A stretch of 64,000 bases of DNA from Halocafeteria seosinensis (taxonomy: Eukaryota). Positions 50,073-63,072 of this stretch are shown in pieces. The stretch spans positions 124,001 through 188,000 of the forward strand of contig LVLI01000006.1 of NCBI GenBank assembly GCA_001687465.1, in the 5' to 3' direction. Position 1 is the stretch's first letter; each line of letters opens with the position of its first letter. Below the pieces are notes generated by a model. The model ran no database searches, had not been told where the DNA came from, and worked only from the letters and a program-made list of their open reading frames with translations. Both the position numbers and the translations under genes were made by a program.

Positions 50073-53000
50073 TCAGTCGCTTCCAGCGTTTGTCTCACAC
50101 TCCTCGTTTTGCTTTTCGGTGGTTGGCTTCTTCGGCGAGTGATCTTTAGCTGGTCCTACGAATGACAGCAACACGGGCAGAAAGACAAGGCCATGCAACA
50201 TGCCAAACACCACCAGACCGAAGAACATGCGGAATAAGACCTGTGGTACCAGATCCAGAGTAGATCCTTGGTTGAAAAACCACACAGGCAAAATGTCGAC
50301 TGGATGCAACTTACCTGGAATACAGGACTTTCCGTGAACGCCAACATAAGCACTCCAAAAAACGTAGAGAGACCACCATTAAGCACGCTCACACCCATGT
50401 TACTCAGTGCCTCGGATGCTCGGTCACACTTATTCGGAGCCTGGGATATCATGAAGAATTCCGCAATATGAACAGCGTAGTCAATGCTAAGTCCCACAGC
50501 AATGATTAGAACGACGATCGAAGTGATGTTAATGGTTATCCCCCAAAGATACATCATTCCAAGGATGTCGATGTCGGTGAGAATCACACATATTGTTACC
50601 GAAACAGCATTCTGAAAAGGTTGGAATAAGCTTACCGCTACGAGAACAACCGCAGCAGCCAAACTTAAGTTAAAAATTGTCCAGTCTACAATGCGCTTTA
50701 GACGAGCAAGCCATACATGATTGTCTTCATAACCAAATGATAAGAATTGCGGCTGCCACTGTAGAGTTTTATTCGTCGGAGAGCAGGACAGCAATTGCTT
50801 GTATGCGTTCTCGGCTGCTGTTCCTAAGTTAAAAGAGACAGAGCGCATCTTGTCCATAAACTCAATGTCCTTCTCCGAAGTATCCGCTCGGCCATGCCTT
50901 GCAGTTATTCTGTGTACGAAAATAACGAGGTTCCGAGTTTTTATGTCTTCCTCGTATACTCTGGATTGATCGATTACTGACCCATCCCTGTGCGCCCAGA
51001 TCACGTCCTCGCGAAACGCTGGATTTTCAAGAAGAAATAGGCGAACGCGCTCCAAGAATAACTCCCCAGTTGAAAGTAGCTGTAAGTTTGTGCAAACTCC
51101 CCTGTTTTCTGTACCATTGAGATAATGCCGAACCTCCCATTTTTCGAATTCCTCGAACCACAGGTAGAGTGGAAGACGAACTTTCGGTAATTGCCGAATT
51201 CGCGCGGCGGCTACTCGAATAGACATTCTGTTTTCCAGAGTCCCGAGGTCGACCCAGAGCCGTATACCCTCTTGAGACTGACCGGGCATGCCGCTGCCAT
51301 TTGCTTGTAGCACATCCTCGAAAGGTGGCAATACCACCGAAAGAGGTTCAGTAAATCCAGAGACCGAAGGTTCTTCTGGAATCAGTTTATCTGGTATTAT
51401 GTCCGATCCAGGCAAGTGGAGGAAGTGCCATTCGTAGAACGCTTCTCCTTTGTCGAAATGACGCTCGCGCGTCTCAATGTATTCTCGAGGGTATGATCCT
51501 GCGCCCAAGAAATCCGCAGGCTCCAGTCCCCTGTCAACTTGCAGTCCAGAATACAACATAAACGCTGCAGCTGCAAGGAACACGGTCACGACAAAAATAC
51601 GGTAACCCAATTGGCGAAATAGAGGCAGATAGTAATGACGAAGCAAGTACTGTAAGGCCCGCTCGCTTCGTGATGGTTCCCTCTTTCTATTTGTCTCAGA
51701 AAACGAGTTTTCGTTTACTTTACTTGCTTCTGCTCCATGGGGCTGTGTAGCAGTCTCTCCAAAAGCATTAATCCCTTTATCCGACTGCTCATTTTGTTTG
51801 TTGCCGCTTTCATCCTCCCGGTACTTCCAGCAACACAGCACATCATACCGATTGGAATTGCGCCGATGGTGGTCGAGTAGCAACAACGGCGCTAGCAGAG
51901 TCATTTGTGTGACATACACAGAAAAAATGGAGAGAGCAGCGGTTATTGAGAATTGTCGGATTGCCGGTAAGTCCATAGTGGCTCCAATTAGGAACGCCGC
52001 GAAGTCAGTCAACGAAGTTAACGTAATGGCTGGTCCTGCTTCGCTCAATGCTTTCCGCAGTTGCTCTGTTTCTGTTGGTAATCCTCCGTGCCGTTCAAAA
52101 CTGTCGACGACAATGAATGTGTCATCTGAAGACACATTGGCAAGCACTCATCATTGAGGAGAGGTGCGCCGGTGCACTGTAATCGATCACATACCAACAC
52201 CGATTCCCATCACAACGAAGATTGCTAGTTGACTCATAACATTAAACGGGTTCCCGAAATACCCCCCAATGCCTGGAAAAGCACAAATGTGTGGAAAGAG
52301 TTTTGTAGATCCTCGACGGTTGCGTTGCCCTGTACATTGTAGTGCTCCCACTTACCAAAACCGCAGAGCAAAGACGCTCCAATTGTCGACACTGAGAAAA
52401 GACTTAGTGCAATTCTGGAGTTCTTGAATGGTTTGCCGCCTAGCGAAATGCTTACGTAGACGATCATTATCACGACCGCAACGCTGATCAACGGAGTGTC
52501 TTTTTCAACTATTCTGTCGCTTTCATCATTAATACTTCGGGGAGCTAGAAACTCTAGGTCAATGAATTGGAGGGATTTGTCGGCGATTGCAGACAATTTC
52601 GCCGCTTGGATGTCCCCAGCTTTGGCACTCTCCCTTAGCGTACCACCCGTGCGTAGCTTGCGCATCGCATCGATAAACCGTAGTTGGAAGTCCAAATATC
52701 GCGTCGAAGAAACAGCTTCGGCATTCAAAGGATAAAAGGCAGACAAAGCTTTTGCACCGGTGATGTTAGATGAACCATCCCATTGGATTGAGCCGATTGT
52801 ACTGTTGACAGGAATTATTTGCCCAGCAGGCGTTCGTAATGGCAGGTCATTCACTGTGGCTAGTACCCCGCTTGCCGACGCAGGAAGACGACTCTTCTCG
52901 TATCCCCACACAGCGGGAAGCGAGGTGGAAGGACAAGTTTGCGTTTCAGGATCTTGATCGCATATCCTGTGAAAGCCGGGTAGCGCCACTACGATCTCAT

Positions 53001-53623
53001 GGATTGCCATAAGCTCCTCGAGTATTGCTGGTTGCAAGACTCCTGGAGTGGGGTCGTTTCCACGGTGGACAGCAAGTAACTGTAAATTCTCAGTCTGCAG
53101 GAAAGAAAAACTTCTTCATCTACCTCAGTTTAATATTAAGGCTACAGTTTCAGTCTAGTCGTACTTTGCCGGGATACACACGATCTATGAATTCCCGCTG
53201 CTTGAACGCTGCCGTTTCGTGGGGCCACCACGCTCTGTCGAGGTTGACAACTTGTTCCATCGGTATCAAGCCGAAAGCGGCAATGAGGATAAACTGCATT
53301 TGAAGAGACGTATGAGATGCCGGTAGATGACATTCAGTACTGGATACTCGTATGATTAAAAGTGGCACTTACTGCCAGGGACCCGCAAATCCAAGTCTTA
53401 GGACGAGTAGCAATATTGACGCCCAACCAGTCGAAAAACATTTCCAGTCCTCCATGGACAAATGTATAAACAGGATGGTTGTCGACAAAATCAGATTACT
53501 TGTTTTATTACTGGCTCTTTCGTCGGACTGCACGTCGCTCGAGGAACTTGTTCGTTGTTCGCTGTCAACATCTGCAGCTTCAGTTGAGCTCTCTATTTCC
53601 ACGTCTGTTTCCTTCGCCGCCAT
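50073..53623 (-). CDS. Patched/NPC1-like RND membrane protein with sterol-sensing domain, multi-exon
   Basis: VMGIGV|DDTFIVV, ALSEAGPAITLTSLTDFAAF, AVGLSIDYAVHIAE, MGVSVLNGGLST, FGMLHGLVFLPVLLS. Confidence 0.93.
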
Positions 53624-54097
53624 TCTCTAGCAGATGATAGGTTCTGTCCACCAGTTGACAAATAGCGGTTAATGCTCTCTGGTGGACGAAAGACTGGACT
53701 GCGACGAAGTGCGAAGCCTGCTGCTCACTCTCTCCTTCAAGGGGGAATACAATATTTGTGTGTGTGTGGGAATACAACAGATAAGTGTGGTACCAATATG
53801 CGTCTTCATGCTCTTCACGAAAAAAATATAATAAACAAGCCTATTTCGCTTTTTTTCACTCTATACGAAACGATATACACCGCTGTGGTACGGGTCTTGA
53901 ACAGCGAAGACTGACGTGTTCGGTAGAAGCTCCCGCTTATTCTACCGAGAGGGTGCTCGCAGTGACGGTGTCGGCAGCATGTAATGACCAAGCATGTTTG
54001 GCAAACCTACCAAATTCGATTCGATTAGAGTAGACTTGTCTACTTGATTTGGTCTACGTAAGGAGGGAATGGATCTTACTCGCCAACGATCCCCAGC

Positions 54098-55437
54098 ATG
54101 AGCAGCATTGAATGGCTCCGGACGTTGTTGGAAGTGTCTTCACAACGTCGAAAGAAGGATGAGGCGTACAATGCACCACCATCCAAGCTCTATGACGTGC
54201 CTGCCCTTCCGAACAGAACCGAAAAGATACACAAACGGAAAGCAGACGCATCCGTGGCTCTGATCCTGCGCGTCGTGGACCGTAGTGGAGTGCTGGAGAA
54301 TCAGTATTTCGACCATGGAACTGCGTTATTGCATTCTATGAGTGGTACGACTGCTATTGTGCTCTCTCCCTTCCCTTTCTAGATTTGCGCAATTGCTGGT
54401 GCAGACGAATGTGAACTGGAGCTCTTGTACATGAAACGGACATCGAATGAAAGTGATCCTTGGAGTGGACATGTGGCTTTCCCGGGTGGAAGACAAGACC
54501 CAGGTAGGTGCAAATTCAATTGCACAATATAGCTTGTCTATTCGGGTACACTCTTGAATCCTTCGACCTCTGTTTGCTTGTGGGTTTGTTCAGATGAAAC
54601 TCTATTCGGCACTGCTGTTCGAGAGACCAACGAGGAAGTAGGCCTATCTTTGGAGAAGCCATACTTTGAGTATCTGACATACTTGGAACCGGAAAGCATC
54701 ACGCGAATGCGAAGGAAGTCTGGAGCTCATGTCTATCCGTTTGTTTTCTTGCAACTCTGGATCCCTCAGGAGCATTCTGAGAACGAAGTTCCGGAATGCG
54801 TTCGTATTGAGCGCCAATCCTCTGAAGTAGCTGCGGCGATATGGGTGCCGCTGAGACATTTTCGTCTTCCTCCTGGTGAGTCACAATTATGCGAAATCCA
54901 CTTCAGACAGATGTGTTCTTGATACAGTGTTTGGGTGCAGACCGGAGCATCGTTCGTCGACGTGCTGAATATTTGCCAGGGTTACAACAGCTGCCTCGGC
55001 TCTTTCGGCTGATTTTGGGAGTAACAGAAGCATGGTTTCCGTCAATTTGCTTCCCTCATTCTGGCCAGCTTCGGGCTGATGGGACTTTAGAGTTCCTGCA
55101 TACGTCACAGAAGACAAGGGACACATCGGGTTCTCGGCCGGTTTTCAATTTGTGGGGCATAAGCTTAGCTATAACTGATGACTTATGCAAACTATTACGG
55201 GTTAATTCTTGCAGAACCCTTAATTGGCCGCCACTGCTATTCAATTCGTATGCGGTGCTCCCTAATGGATTCCTGCGTGCATGTTATGGGTTGGCGGAGA
55301 TAGGGAAATACCCGCAACTCAAATTACACCCCTGCAATATATTACTCGCCGTCGGGGTTTGCGGTGGAGTACTAGGATTGGTATCACTACCTGTTTTCCG
55401 GAGAATAGCGTTGCAGCAGAGGGGGCCAACGACGTGA
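54098..55437 (+). CDS. Nudix hydrolase (CoA-pyrophosphatase-like subgroup) with C-terminal TM helix, 4 exons
   Basis: ASVALILR, ELLYMKR..DPWSGHVAFPGGRQDP|DETLFGTAVRETNEEVGL (Nudix box), SEVAAAIWVPL, LWGIS. Confidence 0.9.
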
Positions 55438-55541
55438 GAGACTGACTACAACGGTAGCAAACTACACGACGTATATTGTGGAATGAAGGCAAGACTCGGG
55501 CGCGGTTTTCACACCAGGAAACTCTATTGAGAGAAGATCTA

Positions 55542-56832
55542 CTAGCTGCTGGATGTTCCAGCTTCCACTTCCTCCAGAAACCCTAGAACGGTTCGCAGCT
55601 GGAATGGGTGTTTCAGAGAGGGGACGTGACCGCAGTTCTCAATATGTATGCACATCCTGGGCCCCTGCCGCAACGTCGACAGTTTACAAGCATGCAGACG
55701 ACATAGCACACAACATGACAAGAATACGCACTTACGTTCACATGAGGACAGTGCTCCTTCTTCACCATTTTGGTAGCAGTGTCTTCCAGGAGGATGGGGC
55801 TGTTGGAACCGTGGAGTAAGAGCAGGCCGTCCGCTTGGATTTGGCTGTACGCGTCCCAGAGCTCAATCGGCTTCACTTCTGCGTTGGGGTCTCCGAACAC
55901 ATGGCGAATGCGTGTATCATACGCGAGTCTCAATGGAGCTTTCTGTATCTCATTCTCATCACTACTTTCCCCTTCCCGTGTCCACAGAATCCTATTTTCT
56001 GATTCCATCAAGGCTCGCCGATTTTCTGGTATATCCTCGACCCTTTCCACTGAATTTCGTCCCAGCTCAGCCCAATCTTGCTCCGTCATTGGGCTAAATC
56101 CCGAATAGTTTTGCTGCAAATACGTAGTGGCATCCTCTACGGAGCGAAAAACCTGCAATAGCAAATAGGGCTTCAAGTAATTGGCCTCTCTGCGCAACAC
56201 TTGCGTACCCGGGTATGATCCCTGTACTATACCTTGTCTTTACCAACGTAGCTAGCAATCGCTTTGACTGCCTCAGCCGGAACGTACGGCCCAATATCAT
56301 TCATTACGAGCCCTTTGATACGGTCGTGTTGACCGGCAAATACCATTGAAATCAGTCCTCCCATGGAAGTCCCAACCTGGCGAGAGAAATCAGTTGGACT
56401 TGAATCTCGGATACGACGAACATGAGGTCTTGCATACCCAGTGCACTTTGCTCCACTGAAGTTCGTCCAAAACTGTGACGATATCCTTCGCGTACGAAAG
56501 GACATTATAATCTTTGGCGTCTTTGGCGTAGTCACTCAGACCCCGACCTACCACGTCTATCGTCCCCACTCTGCAGAACCACAAATCTTCACCCAATGTA
56601 GTAAGCCAAGATACAACGCTAGTTGCGAGACTTACTCGTATCCTTGCCGGCAGAGAGTATCCGCCAGCTCCTTGTAGTCGCTCTGATTCCTGGTCAACGC
56701 GTGTACGCACAGGACGGGGTAGAGGCGTGTGGGTGCACCAGATGGCGGTTTGTAAATGGAGTATGCGATGCGATGGGGTCCACCACTGCCTTCGCATTGG
56801 ATCAATCCAGTTTCCACGGTTGGCTCCCCCAT
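55542..56832 (-). CDS. Alpha/beta hydrolase, multi-exon
   Basis: LCVHALTRN, DVVGRGLSD, W|VGTSMGGLI (nucleophile elbow), MNDIGP; last exon GPR..IENCGHVPSL (catalytic His) ends at the TAG at 55544-55542. Confidence 0.9.
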
Positions 56833-57250
56833 GTTCGTCGTCGTTGAATAGAGTAGGGATAATGGAAAAACAAGCTGAAGACAATTACACGTATGATGCG
56901 TATCATGCACCGAGATGCATCTTGGTTGTGAACAAGTGTATTCTCTTCAAGCCCCTCCCAGGGCCTCCAGTAGCGTATTTTGAAGAAGGATATCATACAA
57001 CCCCCCAACACTCAGTAACTCTTTGGCTAGAAAACAACATGGGCACTGCAATTGTGCTGGTACGTTCTGAACTTCCTAACTTCGTTGTGAGCGCTACAAC
57101 CCTTAGGCAGTGTGAAGCTCCTGCCGCAATACCCGGTACTCTGTTTGTCATCATTGATAGACCATAAATTAGGGGTACGGTAATTGTTACCCGGTAGAGT
57201 AAAAAACCGAAACCGAATCTGGTTGGCAGTGTTTACATACTTGCTCGAAA

Positions 57251-58528
57251 ATGGCGGATGTAAATCCAGAGCATCTATCAGGAGCCAGCCGCCTCCTGTA
57301 TTTCCACTGGTATATGAACACCGGCCAGAGCAAAGATGTATCACCACAAGAAGAAATTCAGTATTGGAAAGAGATACTTCCTCCAGAATTCGGCAGACTG
57401 CATACCTACCCTTGGCCTCGCTGTCAATTGGTGTCGAGCGCCACGAACAGTGCCGTTTTAGAAGCAATTCGACCGAATCCTAATTTCGAAGGAAATTTTC
57501 GTTTGGTCCACGCCGCGTACTGTGGAGGAAGCACAAGTGACACTGGATGGGGTACGTTTGGGGGATCCAGCGGTCACGGCACCTCGGGTAGAAATCGCTC
57601 CTCCATTACCGACGAGGTATTTCGTCATTTCCCGGTTATTGGGTGCTTAAACTAGTCGATGGTGGTTTATCCCCAATCTCAGATGCCGCATTCGAGCATC
57701 TTTCCAGGCTGACATACTTGTCCATGAGCGATTGTGACACGTCTGAAATAACGGATTACGCATTTGAACACTTACCTCGTTTAAAATGTTTAGAACTCGA
57801 TCAATGCAGTCAAAGTACCATCACAGACGCGGCTTTTAAACCTTTTTCCGCATTAAAGTCTTTAACGTTGTCGATGTGCACCCAGTCAACGATCACTGAC
57901 ACAGCCTCCGATTACCTGCTTCAGTACGCTCAGGGTACAACCAACAATTACCGATACCACACTTCATAATCTTTGTTCTCTCAAGCGACTGGAAATGTTT
58001 GGTTGTTCGCAGCCCACTATTTCAGATGCTGGTTTTGACCATCTGTCACGTCTGGAGTACTTAAGGATCACGGGTTGTAACTAGTCGACGATCTCGGACA
58101 ATGCATTTCAGCACTTGTCCAGCTTGACATTCTTAGATATAACTGGCGCAACGCAATCATCAATTAGCGATAAGGCATTTGAGCATTTGCCTAAGCTACA
58201 AACGTTAAAGATGCAGTTCTGGACCATCACGGATGCAGCCTTCAGCCACTTCTCCCATTTACAGTCGTTAAACATCACTTCGTGCAATCAATCAACCATC
58301 ACAGATGAAGCTTTTCGGCATTTGTCGAACTTGACTTATTTAGACATGAATAAATGCAATCAATCAACCATAACGGACAATGCATTCCGGCATTTGCATC
58401 AAGTGGAGTCTTTGAACATGGCGTTTTGCTCTCAAACAACGATAACAGATGCGGCTAAAACGCATCTGTCGAAGGTGCGAGACTTGATTGATTGGCCGAA
58501 GTCTGCGGGGTTCAGTTTTGGGTTCTAG
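57251..58528 (+). pseudogene. Disrupted leucine-rich-repeat gene (24-aa ITDxAFxHLxxLxxLxMxxCxQST repeats)
   Basis: The repeat register continues across frameshifts near 57640 and 57930 and across an in-frame TAG at 58082-58084 where other repeats have Gln. No introns explain the breaks. Confidence 0.85.
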
Positions 58529-58703
58529 GTCCCGTGGGATCGCACTGGGACACACCTGGTGAAAGGAAGTGCACTTGTGAAGTCCTACCCAATCGCTCGC
58601 ATTCTATCTTTCGGACCATCGCAAGTTATGCACTCACCGTCTTCAGACGATTTCTAAATTTATCTTGATTGGTTGTCGTTGTCATTGCCGAAATGATTTC
58701 GAT

Positions 58704-59805
58704 TTAATATGACCCAGCGTGTTCTTGCGCTGCGCGATCCTGATGACAAGCTGTTCTGGAGGCTGGACTGATGAATTGCACAGGAAAGTCTCCCATTATT
58801 AAGATGTCTCGATTCATTGTTGCTCCTGTATGGTCTGTGACCGTATCGCTTAGTATCGAGGCGACTGTTGCAGGACTCAAAGGGTACTTCTCCTTGTCCA
58901 CTACCATTCCACTCCGCTTAGGCTTCGAATCCGCTTCATCTTTCAGTTCTTCGTCAACATAATCAAACCAGTAAATAACCATCCCGGGACCAAATCGATT
59001 TACATACCCAAGGTATTGTTCATTGTTCTTTCTGTGAGTCACAGGATCTCCAAACATTCCCTTCGAATCTATCCAATTAACGACCCATGTATCCCCCTGA
59101 TGATCAACAACACCAATTGGGACAGTCAGGAGGGCATCAGGTGTCTTCGACAAACCTTGCTGTCTGCATTAACACCCATATACAGAAAAGATGATATGAA
59201 GAAAGCAAAGATGCTGACACCAACCTTAACTCTTCCTCTGTTTCAAAGGGGATTCCGAGTACTGTCAGTTTATCGTACAGTTTCTTCTCGTATATTTCTC
59301 CTATCTCCCTGCGCTTCTCATCTACAAGAGGCGAGTACAAAGGGTCATTGTCTCGGCAGTATTCAACTTCGCGTCGAAGTCGTTCGTCTTCGATCATTTC
59401 TGTGTTGTTGACCATTTTCGACACGAGTTTTCGTGGAAGCGGTTTCGCTTCTGCTGTTTGGTCCTTCCCAAAAGCTAGATACTGTCGCTCTAGCATTACG
59501 CGGCTCAGTAAATACGGGGAAAATTGCACTTCCTGAGCCAAGTCCCACAGGGACTGTCCATTATGGAATTTCTTCCAGTAATTCTGTACATGTCGTTCCT
59601 TTCTGTGAATGTGGTGAACTTTGAGTATGTATCGCTGGTATAATTGCCGAAACAGGCTGTCCATGGCATTCAACAGCATCTCCTCGTTGTTCACAGACGT
59701 ATGAGAACGCACTCGAGAGAGAACCTCCTCTCGTGTCCACATACGGCTCTCTGCAATACATTGAGCGCTTAACTGAACGAGCGCGTGATAGTCTTCCAAA
59801 CGCAT
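58704..59805 (-). CDS. CDIN1: CDAN1-interacting nuclease 1 / C15orf41 homologue (PD-(D/E)xK), 2 exons
   Basis: DPLYSP..GEIYEKKL..IPFETEEELR|..SKTPDALLTVPI..VNWIDSKGMFGD..YVNRFGPGMVIYWF. Confidence 0.88.
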
Positions 59806-60074
59806 GTTTCTCTACGCTTGTACACTCCAAAGATCTGCTATCATGTACCGACACTGAACCATTCATACAATCGATACATCGAGCAGACGAATAAATGGAC
59901 TGAATACTACCAGTGAATAGGGCTGCATAACTTAGCCTGAGGCCTGAGTATTTGGCGCTTTGTGAAGGTGAGCGATTCAAATTGCAGCGTCGCGGTGGAA
60001 TCCAGAGTGGATACACGAATTGAGTACGCGACAACGGATAAGAGTCTATTAGAATTTTGGGAAATAAAAGAACT

Positions 60075-61569
60075 TCAGCTAGGAATGGCATGCTCATGCT
60101 TGCGCTGGAAATGCTCTCGCTCGATTTCTCTCCTGGTACGCATATTGCTCCATGCAACGAAGACGACGAAAGCAGCAGCACCCTGCAGTTTTACATTGTA
60201 GAACGAGGTGGTGCAGGAGGGAGCAGTTAAATTGGAACTAAAAAGAGTATCGACTAACGTACCTCGCCAATTGCCATTAATACCGACACAGTTCCCCATG
60301 CGAACTGAACCGAACTACATGTATCGGGGTTTTCCGCAAGGAAGCATTCGAAATTAGCTTGATTCAGAAGCGTCGTTCCAATCAGAATGCTGCATGTAAG
60401 TGTTCCTTAGGTAAGACACATCAAATATGATCGAACGGGAAAGTGCAGTCGCATACCTGACGATAGCAGATAAAACCAACGCGAGCGAATACTGCAAGGA
60501 ACTGCGAGTGTAGCGTATCCATATTGCAAGATAACAACTACAGCAAGACGTACATATAAAACAAGTTTTCTATCTCTGCGCCTCGCTCCGTTGTATGCTT
60601 CCATAGAAAATAAGAGTCCGAAGAACGCGTGAACAACACCGTATAGATGTCGGGTGAACAGGATCAACGTAGAGTATGCCAACTGCGAAGATAATAAGCC
60701 AAAACAATAAGAAGCTTCTCCTCTAGTATTGCAAAATGATGTCGACTTACTCCTGCTGTGATCGCAACGAAACGGACCGCGTGTAGCGTGAAAAATTCTC
60801 TCGCGGAGGTCCACTTAGACAGCTTCTGCATGATGCTATAGCAATCTTGGCTAGCCCTTCCTCGAGGGCGAGTATCACGTTTTGTTGACCCTCCCTCTGC
60901 ACCCTCTGCTACAGAAGTCTTAGATGTTATGAGCCGGGATTTAAGCCTGTGTCGGAATGCTCGCTTCTTGGTTGAAGGAGAACCAGTCACTTCCATATCT
61001 GAATTCGCTGATGGTGGCTCGCTCCTCCTAGCACAGCACCCACAGAAGGTGTAGAATACACTAAGTATACTGGACCACATGCGAGTACACCGCGAAGACA
61101 GCGATGGGTTCTCAGCCTGCCTTTGCTCTTCCATAGCTACTGCTACGTCATCCTCCGTGTCAACATGCACAGAAATAGGGCGGTTCATTCCTTGGTCCAT
61201 GGTGCCGTCGTCGACAGAGGTCTCATCATCGTCCTCATCGTCAACAGCGTACCCTTCAAACGTAAATGCATTACCTCTCGATTTTCGTCCACGTTCTTTG
61301 CGCTTACCACTTCGCTTTGATTCTTCCGGGTGCGCAGACGTTCCTCTATGGTCATCATTTTCTGTTTCAGACGCTTCATCAAGCACTGACGACTTCCTGA
61401 AGACATTCCTCTGAGATTCCGGAAATGGTGTCCCCGGAGAGCTCCGTCGAGGACTCTTTAAGCCCGCTGAAGGACTAACATCCACTCCAGGCTTGTTGTC
61501 GTGGATACCCCATCGATTTAAGGAGCTTCGTTTACCCTCTAATTCTGACCGATTCCCAGCGGCTGCCAT
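60075..61569 (-). CDS. Hypothetical membrane protein: disordered N-terminus and several C-terminal TM helices, multi-exon
   Basis: 301-aa first ORF; downstream GT-AG-bounded exons encode ILIGTTLLNQANFEC..WGTVSVLMAIGE|GAAAFVVFVAW..HAIPS-stop. Confidence 0.55.
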
Positions 61570-61947
61570 TCTATGATATACTCAATTGTTAAACTTGCTA
61601 CTGAGTGGAAACGCCATAAACAATTCCTCTAGGGCCGTAGGAGGTACTATCATCGACAGGCGTTAGCAAGTTGAAGTTTTGCGCCACCATCGAGATGATC
61701 TACGAGATCGCCAGATACATTAGGAACCACATCCCCGTAGAACTCGGTAAAAAGGGTACAACAATTGTATTCAATGGGTGGTAACGAAGTTGTCGATGTC
61801 TCTATTCTAAGACAGAGCTATGCTATGGTAAAAAACTCGTTGAATCTTGATGATTTGTGTGCACGCCTTCTACCGGAGATATCGTTGCCCTGTTTCCAAG
61901 AAGGCTTCCTGTTTAGCTTTGAATCGCTTAAATCCGCATCATAACTA

Positions 61948-62713
61948 TCATGTTTCACGTTGAGCTTCTGCTTTATTCTGCAAGCAACTAATCCGCCACT
62001 TACTGCCGATGCAACGCCTTGAAATGGAAGCAATTGCAACTTACTCGGTTCTTCTCACATAGCTGCAGGATTTCGTTCTGGAGCTCCTGGTTAATCCAAT
62101 TTCCAAACAATGTAACACCGTTGATATTCGTATTCTGCTTTATTGCGTCCGCCAAGCTTCGGCCACCGTCATCGGTGATTCGAGTCAAATGCAAGCATAG
62201 CATACTAATACCTGCATTCTCCTTTAAAGCCTCTGCTAGTTGATGTGCCCCATCATCCGTCATCTGGGTAGCATTAAGGCCTAGTGTATTCAGAGTGCTG
62301 TTTTGCTTGAGAGCTTCCGCGAGTGACTTCACCCCCGCGTCTGTAATCAGTTCATTTCCTCCCAAGTCAAGATATGTCACAGTAGAATTCGTGCGTAATG
62401 CATCCGCCAGATACCTTGCCCCCTCATCCCCAATGCGGTTATTAATAAGTTTGACGATCTTAATGGTGGAGTTCTGCTTTAAAGCTGCAGCCAGGTGCCG
62501 TGCTCCTTCGTCGCCGATGAGGTTCAGAGACACCACCAGACTTTCGATGCTCGTATTTCCACTCAGAGCTTCCGCAATATTGCGAGCATCCTCGGGGCCT
62601 AATTTTTGGTAGTCGAAATCCAGTGATGTGTCAGTATACGTGGCGTCGTTGTTCCGAATCCGCTCGATGGCGTGCTGAACTGAATCAACCGCAGAAGATT
62701 CCTCCCCACTCAT
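61948..62713 (-). CDS. Ribonuclease-inhibitor-type LRR protein (NLRC3-like repeats)
   Basis: About six 28-aa repeats (NxIGDEGAxxLAxALxxNSTxxxLxL). A probable last intron after EKNR (GTAAGT) gives a terminal NKAEAQRET-stop. Confidence 0.85.
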
Positions 62714-63072
62714 GCGATTTTGCTTTTCGAAGTAGCCAGGAGACAAAGGAAAAAGGATATTCTGTTCATTCTTAACAGCGTAACTTCGAACCATTTAATA
62801 ATGCTAGTATCCAGTCAAGGTTGGGTACTGTAAGGTTCACATAGCGCGAACCTTCCCCTATGACAAAGATATTTTTCTGTACCCAAGGAAAATTCTGTCT
62901 AATTAGAGTTTGGAGAAATACACAGACTAATAAAGGGGTGCATCTTACACAGATGCGGCGAAGAATCATCATGCCAACGCATGTACGCGGTGATGTGGCC
63001 GCTGAGTGATGCCTATCTGATTTAACACTTCCGTTGCAAGGGAAGCCGGATGGAAAACGTGCAGCATTTGGA

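Noticed and set aside
58082..58084. TAG-to-Gln codon reassignment suggested by TAG at a Gln position
   Set aside because: TAG ends intact genes here (HD hydrolase, Rab, hydrolase) and the same gene also has frameshifts, so this is pseudogenisation.
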